This document shows positions 16,837 through 26,778 of a stretch of DNA of 64,000 nucleotides, piece after piece. The notes under the pieces were generated by a model that had not been told where the DNA came from, did not search any database, and saw only the letters and a program-made list of their open reading frames with translations. Position 1 is the stretch's first letter. Each line of letters opens with the position of its first letter. The stretch is from Desulfosudaceae bacterium. GTDB lineage: Bacteria; Desulfobacterota; Desulfobacteria; Desulfobacterales; Desulfosudaceae. The position numbers and the translations under genes are program-made. The stretch spans positions 1,248,001-1,312,000 of the forward strand of contig CAXXDV010000001.1 of NCBI GenBank assembly GCA_963674745.2, written 5' to 3'.

Positions 16837-18012
16837 CTAAACTTTTTCAACCAGCAGGGCGCCGCCGTTTCCAAACGCGCCGCAAAGTGAGGCCAGACCG
16901 TATTTTTCATCCGGAAAATCGGTCTTCAAAACGTTCAGCAGCGTTACGATAATGCGGGCACCGGATTCTCCCAGAGGATGGCCAAGCGCAATCGCACCGC
17001 CCCAGACATTGACCTTGTCAAACGGGGCATTGTCTTTGTCCAGTTTCAGCTCCCGAATACAGGCCAGGGACTGACTGGCAAACGCTTCGTTCAACTCAAT
17101 GGCGCCGATGTCAGCCGGTGTCAGGCCGGTTCTCTTGAACAGCTTTTCCACGGCCGGAACCGGGGCCATGCCCATCATTGTGGGATCGCATCCACCCAGG
17201 CTACCATAACTGTATTTGTGCGTATAGGTGCAGCCCAGTTCATCGGCCTTTTTGCGGCTCATCATCAGCAGGCAGCAGGCGCCCTGGGTCAGGGGGGATG
17301 ATGTGGCCGCGGTAACGTTACCGTCGGGTTTAAACGGAGAAACCATGGCGGCCATTTTGGCGGGATCGGTTTTGTCCCGGATCCACTGGTCATGCTCCAC
17401 CAGAAACTCCTTGCCTTCCATATCAAGGCCGGTCACCGGAATGATTTCATTCTTGAACTTGCCGGCATCCCGGGCAGCCGCGGCTTTTTTGTTCGACCAG
17501 ATGGCCATGTTGTCCATGTCTTCACGGGCGACTTTGTAAACCTCGGCGACCTTTTCCGCTGTCGCGCCCATGGGGAAATCCATCAGGTTATAACGATCAA
17601 ACAACCGGGGCGGGAAATCCATGTTGGCGCCCATGGCCACTTTTTCCATATCCTCGACGCCGGCGGCGATCATGATGTCTGTTTCACCGGTCATAATGGC
17701 GCGGGCGGCGTGCATGGTAGCCGCCATGCCGGACGGGCACTGGTTGGTTATGGTGTTACTGGGAACACTTTCCGGATAACCCCCGGCCAGCCAGCCCAGA
17801 CGGCCGATATCGTTCTGCATGCCGGAGGGATTGGCGCAGCCGACTAAAACCGCATCCACGTCTTCCGGCTTTACCTGTTTGTTTCTTTCAAACAGACCAT
17901 CATAAACGGCGGTAAGCATTTGATCCGGTCTTAAGTTCCGAAACCAGCCCTTTTCGGCATGGGCACGGCCATTGGGTGTTCTAACGCCATCAACAAATAC
18001 ACATTCTTCCAT
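16837..18012 (-). CDS. Thiolase (acetyl-CoA acyltransferase)
   Basis: NQCPSG, NEAFA, GGAIALGHPLG, C-terminal SLCG. Confidence 0.93.
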   Translation of the reverse strand: MEECVFVDGVRTPNGRAHAEKGWFRNLRPDQMLTAVYDGLFERNKQVKPEDVDAVLVGCANPSGMQNDIGRLGWLAGGYPESVPSNTITNQCPSGMAATMHAARAIMTGETDIMIAAGVEDMEKVAMGANMDFPPRLFDRYNLMDFPMGATAEKVAEVYKVAREDMDNMAIWSNKKAAAARDAGKFKNEIIPVTGLDMEGKEFLVEHDQWIRDKTDPAKMAAMVSPFKPDGNVTAATSSPLTQGACCLLMMSRKKADELGCTYTHKYSYGSLGGCDPTMMGMAPVPAVEKLFKRTGLTPADIGAIELNEAFASQSLACIRELKLDKDNAPFDKVNVWGGAIALGHPLGESGARIIVTLLNVLKTDFPDEKYGLASLCGAFGNGGALLVEKV

Positions 18013-18047
18013 AACAGCTCCTCTCTTCAGATAAGTTCTCTTTTGAA

Positions 18048-19907
18048 TTATTTCTTTATTTTGTCTGTAAACGCTTCCTGAGCCATGGCCCGCACTTTTT
18101 TCTTGTCCAGTTTCTGAACCTCGGTCAGCGGCATATTTTCAACAATCTCCACCGCCTTGGGAACCGCGTACTTGGCCACCTGTTCTTTTAGAAAATTTAT
18201 AATGTCTTCGGGTTTCAACAAATCCATTTGATCCGCTTTTGGTTGCACATAAGCCACCACCCGCTCGCTGCCCTCTCTCTCCGGATCCGGAATACCGACC
18301 GTGGCCGCCATCTCCACCTGAGGATGGGAGCACAAAATATCATCAATCTCTCTTGTATATACTTTGTAGCCTGAAACATTGACCATGTCCTTGGTCCGGT
18401 CAACAATATAAAAATAGCCGTCCTCATCCACCTTGACCACGTCACCGGTCCGGACATAACCTTTTTCATCCAGTCCGCTGCCGGGATCCGGCCAGTAGCC
18501 CAGCATCCGTTGCGGGCCCTTGAGACACATTTCGCCTCTTTTACCGGCCAGGATATCCGCCTCTGAAAGCTGAGTTCCGGAATCCACGTCAATCAACACA
18601 ATCTCGGTGTCCGGAAAGGGAATGCCCACAGCGCCTCTTTTTTCGCTGGTTTTCTTTTTCTTTTTTTCGCTGCCCGTACTTTTTACTTTAAACGAAATAA
18701 ACTTTCCGGCGACGGTTCCGATGGTTTTACTTCCCACCATTCGTAATGCCTGATTGGTAATCGGCGTTACGCCGGGCAACCCCAGAAAAGTACTGTTCAA
18801 CCGCTGCGGAATACGCCCTCCGGCCAGCCGCAACAAAAAAGAGGTGTTCAGATGGGTGCAGGGAGACATTTCCGAAAGGCCATAGCCCTCCATGATGGCA
18901 CCGCTGGACTTTTTCTCAAACGCCTCCTGGGTACTCGGCGGCAGGGGGGCGGAACCGGAAACGGCCAGCATGCCGAGACCTTCCATTTCTTCCTGGGCGA
19001 TTTTCAAAAACTGAGTGGGAACACCCATCTGCATGAGCGGCCGATACTCTTTGATCATGTCCACCATTATTTTGGTGTCACGCGCGTCCGTGATCAGAAT
19101 CTGATCTGCACCCAGAATCGTCAACACATGCATAATAATATGACCATATGAATGAAACATGGGCAGCCCGTTTAAAACCGAAATAGCCCCTCTTATAACC
19201 CTGCTGGCCCCGCCCTGGGCCCAGCTCGACTGGATGGCGTTGGCGTAAACATTTCGGTGGGTCAGCATGCATCCCTTGGGCAGGCCGGTGGTACCACCGG
19301 TAAACAGCAGCAACTCCAAATCCTTTTCCACATCGAACTGAATCGTGGGGGGAGTGGGTTGTGACTCGGCGATCAGATCACTCATCCAGAAAGCATTGGG
19401 AATATCAAGCTTTTCATGGCTTGCCGGTGGCGCCAGGGAATAATCATCCAGGCTGGTGACAATAAGAAACTCGATGGCTGTTTTTTCCATGACGGCTTTG
19501 GCCAGGTCAAGGTATTCATCCAGACAGATCAGTGCCCTGGGCGTCCCTTTTCCGAATTTGTGCTCCAGGTTGGCCGGGGGTTCCAGGTTGCTGCTGGGAA
19601 TCTGGACCAGGCCCGCCTTGGCAATACCATAATCCGCTATCACAAACTGAATGGATGTCGGCAGAAGGGTTGCCACCCGATCACCCTTTTTCAGCCCTTT
19701 TGCGGCCAGGGCCGCCGCCAGACGATCCGCATGATCCTTGACCTCGGGATAGGTCATCTTAAACTTGTTTTGAATGACACCTGTCCGCTTGAACTTCCGG
19801 GCGGCCTCGTCCAGAATGTCACCGACCGGTTTGTCCGGATAAGGGGCCAGTGTTTCGGGAATACCGAAAACTTTGTACTCTTTAAACCACGGCATTTTCG
19901 CAGTCAA
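18048..19907 (-). CDS. Long-chain acyl-CoA ligase (AMP-binding) with internal insertion
   Basis: FTGGTTGLPKG, EGYGLSE, TGD, DRTKD; TTG start after AAGGAG. Confidence 0.92.
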   Translation of the reverse strand: MTAKMPWFKEYKVFGIPETLAPYPDKPVGDILDEAARKFKRTGVIQNKFKMTYPEVKDHADRLAAALAAKGLKKGDRVATLLPTSIQFVIADYGIAKAGLVQIPSSNLEPPANLEHKFGKGTPRALICLDEYLDLAKAVMEKTAIEFLIVTSLDDYSLAPPASHEKLDIPNAFWMSDLIAESQPTPPTIQFDVEKDLELLLFTGGTTGLPKGCMLTHRNVYANAIQSSWAQGGASRVIRGAISVLNGLPMFHSYGHIIMHVLTILGADQILITDARDTKIMVDMIKEYRPLMQMGVPTQFLKIAQEEMEGLGMLAVSGSAPLPPSTQEAFEKKSSGAIMEGYGLSEMSPCTHLNTSFLLRLAGGRIPQRLNSTFLGLPGVTPITNQALRMVGSKTIGTVAGKFISFKVKSTGSEKKKKKTSEKRGAVGIPFPDTEIVLIDVDSGTQLSEADILAGKRGEMCLKGPQRMLGYWPDPGSGLDEKGYVRTGDVVKVDEDGYFYIVDRTKDMVNVSGYKVYTREIDDILCSHPQVEMAATVGIPDPEREGSERVVAYVQPKADQMDLLKPEDIINFLKEQVAKYAVPKAVEIVENMPLTEVQKLDKKKVRAMAQEAFTDKIKK

Positions 19908-19988
19908 AGCTCACTCCTTCTGTTGACGGGTTTATAAAAAAAATAACCATATGGGATGAACGTACGACAAGTCAGTTTTTAATGCTAA

Positions 19989-20549
19989 TTATGTAAACAG
20001 TGGCTGGGTCTGCATGGCAAAGGCCATATCGCCTTCAATCTGCATCCCGCCGGACATAAAAAGGTTAACCGGGTTGGTCTCTTTTTTCACCAGGGCTATG
20101 GAATCGGACATTTTCATCTTAAACGTCGCCTTGGGGGTATCGGCACCGTTCAATACTGTGGCAATGCTAACGACACTGCCGTCATCATTGGCGAGTTCGG
20201 CGACCATTGTTCCTTTCAGACCCTGCAGCGCCTGATATTTTTTCTTGTTCAGATCGCTCTGAATGCCCAGGAGCATGTCAAGGCTGTCGGTCTCAATCAT
20301 TTTCTGCAGGTCACCTTCGGCAATCTCAATAAGGACCATAGCACTGTCAAGATCGCCTTCTTTAACGTCAAAGTCGGTCCCGTTTTTGACCACGTAGCTG
20401 TACTTGGTGCCGGAAACGTCGACCACCATCGTAAGCTCCGTATCCGCCAATTCTGCAGCAGCTCCGCTTTCAGCTATCATTTTTTTGGCCATGTTCGGTG
20501 AAAAATCAAGCAGCAAATCTTTTATACTAATGTCTTTTGGAATATCCAT
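19989..20549 (-). CDS. SCP2 lipid-binding protein (apparently two SCP2-like units)
   Basis: C-terminal NPVNLFMSGGMQIEGDMAFAM is an SCP2 signature. Confidence 0.75.
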   Translation of the reverse strand: MDIPKDISIKDLLLDFSPNMAKKMIAESGAAAELADTELTMVVDVSGTKYSYVVKNGTDFDVKEGDLDSAMVLIEIAEGDLQKMIETDSLDMLLGIQSDLNKKKYQALQGLKGTMVAELANDDGSVVSIATVLNGADTPKATFKMKMSDSIALVKKETNPVNLFMSGGMQIEGDMAFAMQTQPLFT

Positions 20550-20887
20550 TATATTAATTCTCCTCTTTCGGGTTTTTCAAAGCAAAACAAAATTATTAAG
20601 TTATATTCATCCCATATGGTTTCTGTCAACAGAAAGTTAACCTTTAAACTGTCGTCTTTGGCAACTGGCAAAAGAGCGACGCTCCGTATTCACAGGGCTT
20701 TTATCGGCACCACCTCCCATCCAATAACCCATGTCGGCTTTACCGGCTTCGGGTTTAAAGGGCAACACATTTAAAAAAACCTTCGTTTTGACATTTTTTT
20801 ACCGGTTTCATCCTTTTTTAAAACCCGGCCTTGACAAAAAAATGCTTGTGTGTTGACTTTTCTAACTTTATTGTTTACGTTATAAAA

Positions 20888-20903
20888 AACTGACATGTCA
20901 GTT
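20888..20903. promoter_or_regulatory. Perfect 16-bp palindrome, candidate TetR operator
   Basis: AACTGACATGTCAGTT, adjacent to TATAAT (20905-10), between divergent SCP2 and TetR genes. Confidence 0.65.
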
Positions 20904-20959
20904 CTATAATTTAGCCAATCCGTTGTCAACAAAAAAACGGAAAAAAGGACATAAAAAAT

Positions 20960-21580
20960 ATGAAAGCCGAAAAAAGGAAGCAGCTGATACTCTGTTGTGC
21001 CAAAACGCTTTTCTCCACATATGGTTTTTATCGCACCCAGATTTCGGACATTACGAAAAAGGCCAAAATCGCCCGCGGCACGGTATACCAGTACTTTAAC
21101 AACAAAGAGGATATTTTCATCACGCTGCTTGAAAACGCTTATCAGCAATGGGAAATTGCCATATCAAAAGCCGTTTCGGAAACCAACCTGAACACCATAA
21201 CGCCTGTTGATTTCCTAAAACGAAGAATCCGCACAACCGTTGCATTTCTCGTCGCCGACCCGGATATTTGCAACATTGCCATGACCATGGGGTTTGGCCT
21301 GCCGAGCCGGCTGGAATCGGTTACCCGCAGGATCGAAAAAAAAATTGTCATTATTGCCATCAACGACTTCAAGCTGGCATTACATAGCGGTCATGCCCGG
21401 GAAGACCTAAACACCAGACACGTTGCCGAAATGTTGGCCGGGGCTATTTTCTACTGCGTCTACTCGTCGCTTTTGCGGGCAGAAAAAAAGCCAGAGCAGG
21501 TCGATGTCGAAGCCCTGACCGACGAAATTGTCGCCCTTTTCGCACCGGGCATTTTCAAGCTGGAATCCCTAAAGCTGTAA
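20960..21580 (+). CDS. TetR/AcrR family regulator
   Basis: AKTLFSTYGF...ARGTVYQYFNNKEDIF HTH. Confidence 0.93.
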   Translation: MKAEKRKQLILCCAKTLFSTYGFYRTQISDITKKAKIARGTVYQYFNNKEDIFITLLENAYQQWEIAISKAVSETNLNTITPVDFLKRRIRTTVAFLVADPDICNIAMTMGFGLPSRLESVTRRIEKKIVIIAINDFKLALHSGHAREDLNTRHVAEMLAGAIFYCVYSSLLRAEKKPEQVDVEALTDEIVALFAPGIFKLESLKL

Positions 21581-21618
21581 CGTATTTTAAAAAACATCGC
21601 CCTTTTGTTAATTTTCTC

Positions 21619-21646
21619 TTGACAGAAACGGTTTGTAAAATATAAT
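21619..21646 (+). promoter_or_regulatory. sigma70 promoter of the rplU operon
   Basis: TTGACA-16 bp-TATAAT. Confidence 0.75.
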
Positions 21647-21693
21647 TAACTGTTTTTATAATATAGTGTTATTCCATAAATTAAGGAGTGGTT

Positions 21694-22008
21694 ATGTACG
21701 CGGTAATTGCCACCGGTGGCAAACAGTACCGGGTTGAAAAAGATGACGTTCTGCGGATCGAAAAAATTCCCGGAAATGTAGGGGATTCCGTCTCCTTTGA
21801 CCAGGTCCTGCTGTTTTCTGATAAAGAAAACGTCAGCATAGGACGCCCCCTTCTGGAAAAGGTTACAGTCAAAGGACATATCGTAGAACAGGACCGGGCG
21901 AAAAAAATAATTGTATTTAAGTTCAAGCGCAGAAAACGGTATCGCCGGAAACAGGGGCACAGACAATCGTTCACAGCCATTAAGGTTGACGCCATAGAGG
22001 CTGCCTAA
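21694..22008 (+). CDS. rplU: 50S ribosomal protein L21
   Basis: MYAVIATGGKQYRV...GHRQ. Confidence 0.98.
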   Translation: MYAVIATGGKQYRVEKDDVLRIEKIPGNVGDSVSFDQVLLFSDKENVSIGRPLLEKVTVKGHIVEQDRAKKIIVFKFKRRKRYRRKQGHRQSFTAIKVDAIEAA

Positions 22009-22047
22009 AACGGTTCTGCATTGAATTTTAAAAGTTGAGGTGTTGAT

Positions 22048-22299
22048 ATGGCTCACAAAAAAGCGGGCGGAAGCTCCAGAAACGGTCGAGACAGTCAAGG
22101 TCAGCGACGAGGTGTCAAGCGGTTCGGCGGTGAACAGGTCACCGCGGGCAGCATTATCGTGCGCCAACTGGGTACGAAGTTTCACCCCGGCAACAACGTC
22201 GGACTGGGTAAAGATTATACCCTGTTTGCAAAAATTGACGGTGTCGTCGCCTTTGAAGCTTCGGGTAAGCGAAAAAAAGTCAGTGTTTATGCAGCTTGA
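22048..22299 (+). CDS. rpmA: 50S ribosomal protein L27
   Basis: [16 protein letters not shown]. Confidence 0.98.
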   Translation: MAHKKAGGSSRNGRDSQGQRRGVKRFGGEQVTAGSIIVRQLGTKFHPGNNVGLGKDYTLFAKIDGVVAFEASGKRKKVSVYAA

Positions 22300-23321
22300 A
22301 GTTTATTGACGAAGCCACTATTACAGTCAGTTCCGGCCACGGCGGCAGCGGGTGTGTCAGCTTCAGGCGGGAAAAGTATATCCCGCGGGGCGGACCCGAC
22401 GGCGGTAACGGCGGTAACGGCGGTAATATCATTTTTAAAACAGACACCGGTAAACGCACGCTTCTCGAGTTTCGAACCAAAAGATCTTTTACCGCCCAGA
22501 ACGGGGCCCCGGGTAAAGGCAAACAGCAAACCGGAAAAACCGGTAAAGACACCATCATCTCCTTGCCGCCCGGAACGATCATCAGCGAGGCTGAAACCAA
22601 CCGGGTAATTAAAGACATGGTCCGGCCGGACACGACCTTTGTCTTTCTTAAAGGCGGCCGGGGCGGTAAAGGAAACAAGCATTTCACCAGTTCAACCTAC
22701 CGTTCTCCGAGATTTGCTCAACCAGGCGAACCCGGACAGACCGTAACGCTCAAACTGGAACTGAAAGTTCTGGCCGATATCGGCATTATCGGGCTTCCCA
22801 ATGCCGGTAAGTCCACGCTTCTCAGCGTTATTTCAGCCGCCCGACCCGCTATCAACGATTATCCTTTCACAACCCTGTCGCCAAACCTGGGTATGGTTCA
22901 GGTTAAAAACGGCGAACCTTTCGCCGTTGCCGATATACCCGGCCTGATCGAAGGGGCGCACACGGGTACCGGTCTGGGCATACAGTTTTTAAAGCACATT
23001 GAACGAACCCGCTTTCTGGTTCATTTGATTGATGCCAGTGCCATTGATAATGCCGACCCGTTGAACGGGTTCCGGACGATAAATACCGAACTGGCACAAT
23101 ACGGCAAAAACCTGATGGAAAAGCCTCAGGTGGTCGTGCTTAACAAAACAGATATTCCCGAAGCCGTTGAAAAAGCCGATACATTTATAAAAGCAACCGG
23201 TCTTAAAACCTGTTTTAAAATTTCCGCAGCCACAAAAAACGGTATAGAGGATTTAAAAAACCACCTGTTTGCGCTATTATGCCAATATCATGAACAAGAT
23301 TCGTCACCAGATTCTGAATAA
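22296..23321 (+). CDS. obgE: GTPase ObgE
   Basis: [36 protein letters not shown]. Confidence 0.97.
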   Translation: MKFIDEATITVSSGHGGSGCVSFRREKYIPRGGPDGGNGGNGGNIIFKTDTGKRTLLEFRTKRSFTAQNGAPGKGKQQTGKTGKDTIISLPPGTIISEAETNRVIKDMVRPDTTFVFLKGGRGGKGNKHFTSSTYRSPRFAQPGEPGQTVTLKLELKVLADIGIIGLPNAGKSTLLSVISAARPAINDYPFTTLSPNLGMVQVKNGEPFAVADIPGLIEGAHTGTGLGIQFLKHIERTRFLVHLIDASAIDNADPLNGFRTINTELAQYGKNLMEKPQVVVLNKTDIPEAVEKADTFIKATGLKTCFKISAATKNGIEDLKNHLFALLCQYHEQDSSPDSE

Positions 23322-24417
23322 TGCCAGAAGAGTTGTCATCAAAGCGGGAAGCGGCGTTCTGACCGGCCGGCGCGGCCTGAACGACACCGCCATGAAGACC
23401 ATCAGCAAGGGCATCTGTGCGCTGATGGATAGAAACATTGAAGTCATTTATGTTTCCTCCGGCGCCATGGCGGCCGGAGAAAAAAAGCTGGGGTTGACCC
23501 GGCGTCCGACAGAACTGCCGCAACGTCAGGCGGTGGCAGCTACCGGACAGGCCGGTTTGATGATGGCATACGAAAAAGCGTTTGCCCGTTTCGGTAAGCA
23601 GGTCGCTCAGATATTGCTGACCAGCGACGACTTGACCAACCGCAGGCGCTACCTGAACGCCAGAAACACGATTCACACGCTTCTGTCCTGGAAGGTGGTG
23701 CCCATCATTAACGAAAACGATACGGTAGCAACAGAAGAGATCAAACTGGGCGACAATGATAATCTGGCGGCCATGATAACCCTTCTGATGGAAGCCGACA
23801 TTTTGATAAACCTGACGGATATTGACGGGCTCTATGATAAAGATCCGCGTAATGACCCCACGGCCGCACTGATTGACGCTGTGTCGGCTGTTTCTCCGAA
23901 GCTGGAACAGGCGGCGGGAAACATGCCGGGACCCCTGGGCAGGGGCGGTATGCTGAGTAAAGTCAAAGCCGCAAAAAAACTGATGACGGCCGGTATTCCC
24001 ATGATTATCGCCAATGGTCGAAACAACAACATCCTTTTTGACCTTTTTTCCGGTGTGGAAACCGGGACTTTTTTTGAGCCCAAACCGCATAAAATGTCCT
24101 GTAAAAAATGCTGGATCGCTTTCAGTGTAAAACCCAGGGGCGAAATTACGGTTGACGATGGTGCTGCCAACGCTTTGACAAGCCGCGGTAAAAGCCTGCT
24201 TTCCAGCGGAATCACGGACGTAAGCGGTACTTTTACCGTCGGTTCGCCGGTGACCGTAAAAAACCAGTCCGGAGACATCATCGCCACCGGACTGGTAAAC
24301 TATTCGGCCTCGGACATTCGCGCCATAATGGGCTTAAAATCGAGTCAAATCGGAGAAAAACTGGGCTACAAGCCTTACGACGAAGTCATTCACAGAAACA
24401 ACCTGGTTCTTTCCTGA
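23290..24417 (+). CDS. proB: Glutamate 5-kinase
   Basis: VVIKAGS, VSSGA, INENDT, GDNDNL, PUA domain. Confidence 0.96.
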   Translation: MNKIRHQILNNARRVVIKAGSGVLTGRRGLNDTAMKTISKGICALMDRNIEVIYVSSGAMAAGEKKLGLTRRPTELPQRQAVAATGQAGLMMAYEKAFARFGKQVAQILLTSDDLTNRRRYLNARNTIHTLLSWKVVPIINENDTVATEEIKLGDNDNLAAMITLLMEADILINLTDIDGLYDKDPRNDPTAALIDAVSAVSPKLEQAAGNMPGPLGRGGMLSKVKAAKKLMTAGIPMIIANGRNNNILFDLFSGVETGTFFEPKPHKMSCKKCWIAFSVKPRGEITVDDGAANALTSRGKSLLSSGITDVSGTFTVGSPVTVKNQSGDIIATGLVNYSASDIRAIMGLKSSQIGEKLGYKPYDEVIHRNNLVLS

Positions 24418-24482
24418 TCCCGCCGGACGTTTAAAAAACCCTTTCAGGTGGAACCTTTAACTGTTTTTTAGGGGATTCAAGC

Positions 24483-25739
24483 ATGACCATTGAAAAGATG
24501 ATTGTCACTATGGCAAAAGATGCCCGTAAGGCGGCGGCACATATGGCGAAATGTCCGACCGGGCAAAAAAACGAGGCGCTTAAAAATATCGCCCGCCAGC
24601 TGGAAAAAGACACGGACCGTATCAGGAAAGAAAATGAAAAAGACCTTAAAAAGGCTGAACAGAACGGTCTTTCGGCGGCCATGATCGACCGCCTGACGGT
24701 CAACGACAACACCATTGCTTCCATGGCCACGGGTATGCTCGAAGTCGCCGCCCTGGAAGATCCGGTCGGCTTAAAAGGTGCCACCTGGCGAAGACCGAAC
24801 GGACTGGAAGTGGCTAAAATGCGTATTCCCCTCGGTGTCATCGGGATCATCTATGAATCCAGACCCAATGTCACGGTTGACGCGGCCGGGCTATGCCTTA
24901 AAGCCGGAAATGCGGTAATTCTTCGCGGCGGATCGGAAGCGCTGCACTCCAACCAGGCGCTGGCGACAAGCATCAGGCAGGCGCTTTCAGCGGCCAACCT
25001 GCCCGAAAAGGCGGTTCAGGTTGTTCCTTTGACGGACCGGGAAGCGGTTACCTGTCTTCTGGCACAGGAAGAGCATATCGACCTGATCATACCCCGGGGC
25101 GGAGAAGGACTCATACGATATGTCGTTCAACACTCCTCGATCCCGGTTCTTAAACACTACAAAGGTGTCTGCCATGTTTATGTTGATGAAAATGCCGACC
25201 TGGAAATGGCCAAAGCCATCTGCTTCAACGCCAAAGTCCAGCGTCCGGGCGTTTGCAACGCCATGGAAACCATGCTGGTCCACAAGCAGATCGCTGACGC
25301 TTTCCTCCCGGCCATGGCAGAACAGTTTCTCTCGGCAGGCGTTGTTCTCAAGGGATGTCCTGAAACACAAAAACGGGTGACACAGGCCCAGGCGGCCTCT
25401 GAAGAAGACTGGTACGCCGAATACCTGGATCTGACCCTGGCGGTGAAGGTGGTCGACACAATGGATGACGCCCTGGCCCACATTGCCCGATACGGTTCAT
25501 CCCATACAGAAGCCATTGTTACCAAAGACTATAGCCGGGCCCAGCGCTTTTTAAAAGAAGCGGACGCCTCTGTTGTCCTGGTCAACGCCTCAACCCGGTT
25601 TAATGACGGCGGTCAATTGGGGTTGGGCGCGGAAATCGGCATCAGCACATCAAAGCTCCACGCTTTCGGACCAATGGGTGTGGAAGAGCTGACAACGGCC
25701 AAGTTTGTTGTTCTAGGTGATGGACAGATAAGAGCGTAA
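24483..25739 (+). CDS. proA: Gamma-glutamyl phosphate reductase
   Basis: [23 protein letters not shown]. Confidence 0.97.
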   Translation: MTIEKMIVTMAKDARKAAAHMAKCPTGQKNEALKNIARQLEKDTDRIRKENEKDLKKAEQNGLSAAMIDRLTVNDNTIASMATGMLEVAALEDPVGLKGATWRRPNGLEVAKMRIPLGVIGIIYESRPNVTVDAAGLCLKAGNAVILRGGSEALHSNQALATSIRQALSAANLPEKAVQVVPLTDREAVTCLLAQEEHIDLIIPRGGEGLIRYVVQHSSIPVLKHYKGVCHVYVDENADLEMAKAICFNAKVQRPGVCNAMETMLVHKQIADAFLPAMAEQFLSAGVVLKGCPETQKRVTQAQAASEEDWYAEYLDLTLAVKVVDTMDDALAHIARYGSSHTEAIVTKDYSRAQRFLKEADASVVLVNASTRFNDGGQLGLGAEIGISTSKLHAFGPMGVEELTTAKFVVLGDGQIRA

Positions 25740-25748
25740 AGGCAATCA

Positions 25749-26402
25749 ATGAAAGCAGGGCTTTTCGGTGGGACGTTTAATCCGGTTCATTCCGGACATG
25801 TTTTGATTATGTCCGATATAATTGATGCTTATTCTTTGGATAGCGTCATCATCGTCCCTGCTGCCGTGCCGCCCCATAAACCGGCTGATTATATGGCAGA
25901 TATAAACCTGCGTCTGGAAATGACGCGTCTGGCCTTTGCCGGTTTGCCGCGATGCCGGGTGTCCGATATAGAGGCAAAACGCGGTGGCAGGTCTTATACC
26001 ATTGATACGGTTCACTATTTTTTAAAAAACCTGTCGTCGGAGCCGGAGCTTTTTTTTATTGTCGGCCTGGACGCTTTTCTGGAGCTGGATACCTGGAAAG
26101 ACTACATGGCGTTGCTTAAAACCATACCCTTTATCGTGATTAATCGCCCGCTGACCGATGGTGCGGGGCAGCAGGCACTGGCTTCTTTTCTGACCTCAAA
26201 AATTTCCCCCGGATACGTATTTTCTCCTCAACGAGATGTTTTTGTTGATGATAGGTTTATGCCCGTCTTTTTTCATAAAACGCCGGCCATTGATATTTCT
26301 TCCACGCAAATAAGAGAACGGCTGAAAACAGGCCGCCCGGTACAAGACATGCTACCCGATGATGTTGAACAATTTATTAAAGAAAGAGGCATCTATCAAT
26401 GA
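25749..26402 (+). CDS. nadD: Nicotinate-nucleotide adenylyltransferase
   Basis: GGTFNPVHSGH, PPHK, ISSTQIR. Confidence 0.96.
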   Translation: MKAGLFGGTFNPVHSGHVLIMSDIIDAYSLDSVIIVPAAVPPHKPADYMADINLRLEMTRLAFAGLPRCRVSDIEAKRGGRSYTIDTVHYFLKNLSSEPELFFIVGLDAFLELDTWKDYMALLKTIPFIVINRPLTDGAGQQALASFLTSKISPGYVFSPQRDVFVDDRFMPVFFHKTPAIDISSTQIRERLKTGRPVQDMLPDDVEQFIKERGIYQ

Positions 26403-26761
26403 CAACCGACATTGTTGCCGCGTTTGAAACGTATCTCTCGGCAATTACGGAAAAAAAAGCCCAGGATGTGGTGTTGCTTGACGTGCGGGGGCTGACGTCC
26501 ATCGCCGACGCCTTCATTCTCTGCTGTGGAAATTCCAACCGCCAGGTTTCCGCCCTTGCGGATCATATTATAAAAACCTTAAAAAAACAGGGGGTCAGAC
26601 CGCTTTCTGTCGAGGGTTTAAGGGAGGGGCGCTGGGTTCTTATTGATTATGGATCCGTTATCATTCATGTTTTTTACGAATCCGTGCGGACTTTTTACGA
26701 TATAGAAGGTCTCTGGTCGGATGCCGTGCGAATCGATATTTCAACTGAAGAAACAACATAA
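26399..26761 (+). CDS. rsfS: Ribosome silencing factor
   Basis: EKKAQD...WVLIDYG...FYDIEGLW. Confidence 0.95.
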   Translation: MTTDIVAAFETYLSAITEKKAQDVVLLDVRGLTSIADAFILCCGNSNRQVSALADHIIKTLKKQGVRPLSVEGLREGRWVLIDYGSVIIHVFYESVRTFYDIEGLWSDAVRIDISTEETT

Positions 26762-26778
26762 AAGGAGACAACCGGCTT

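Noticed and set aside
22401..22427. GGCGGTAAC x3 repeat in obgE
   Set aside because: Encodes the normal Gly-rich Obg motif.
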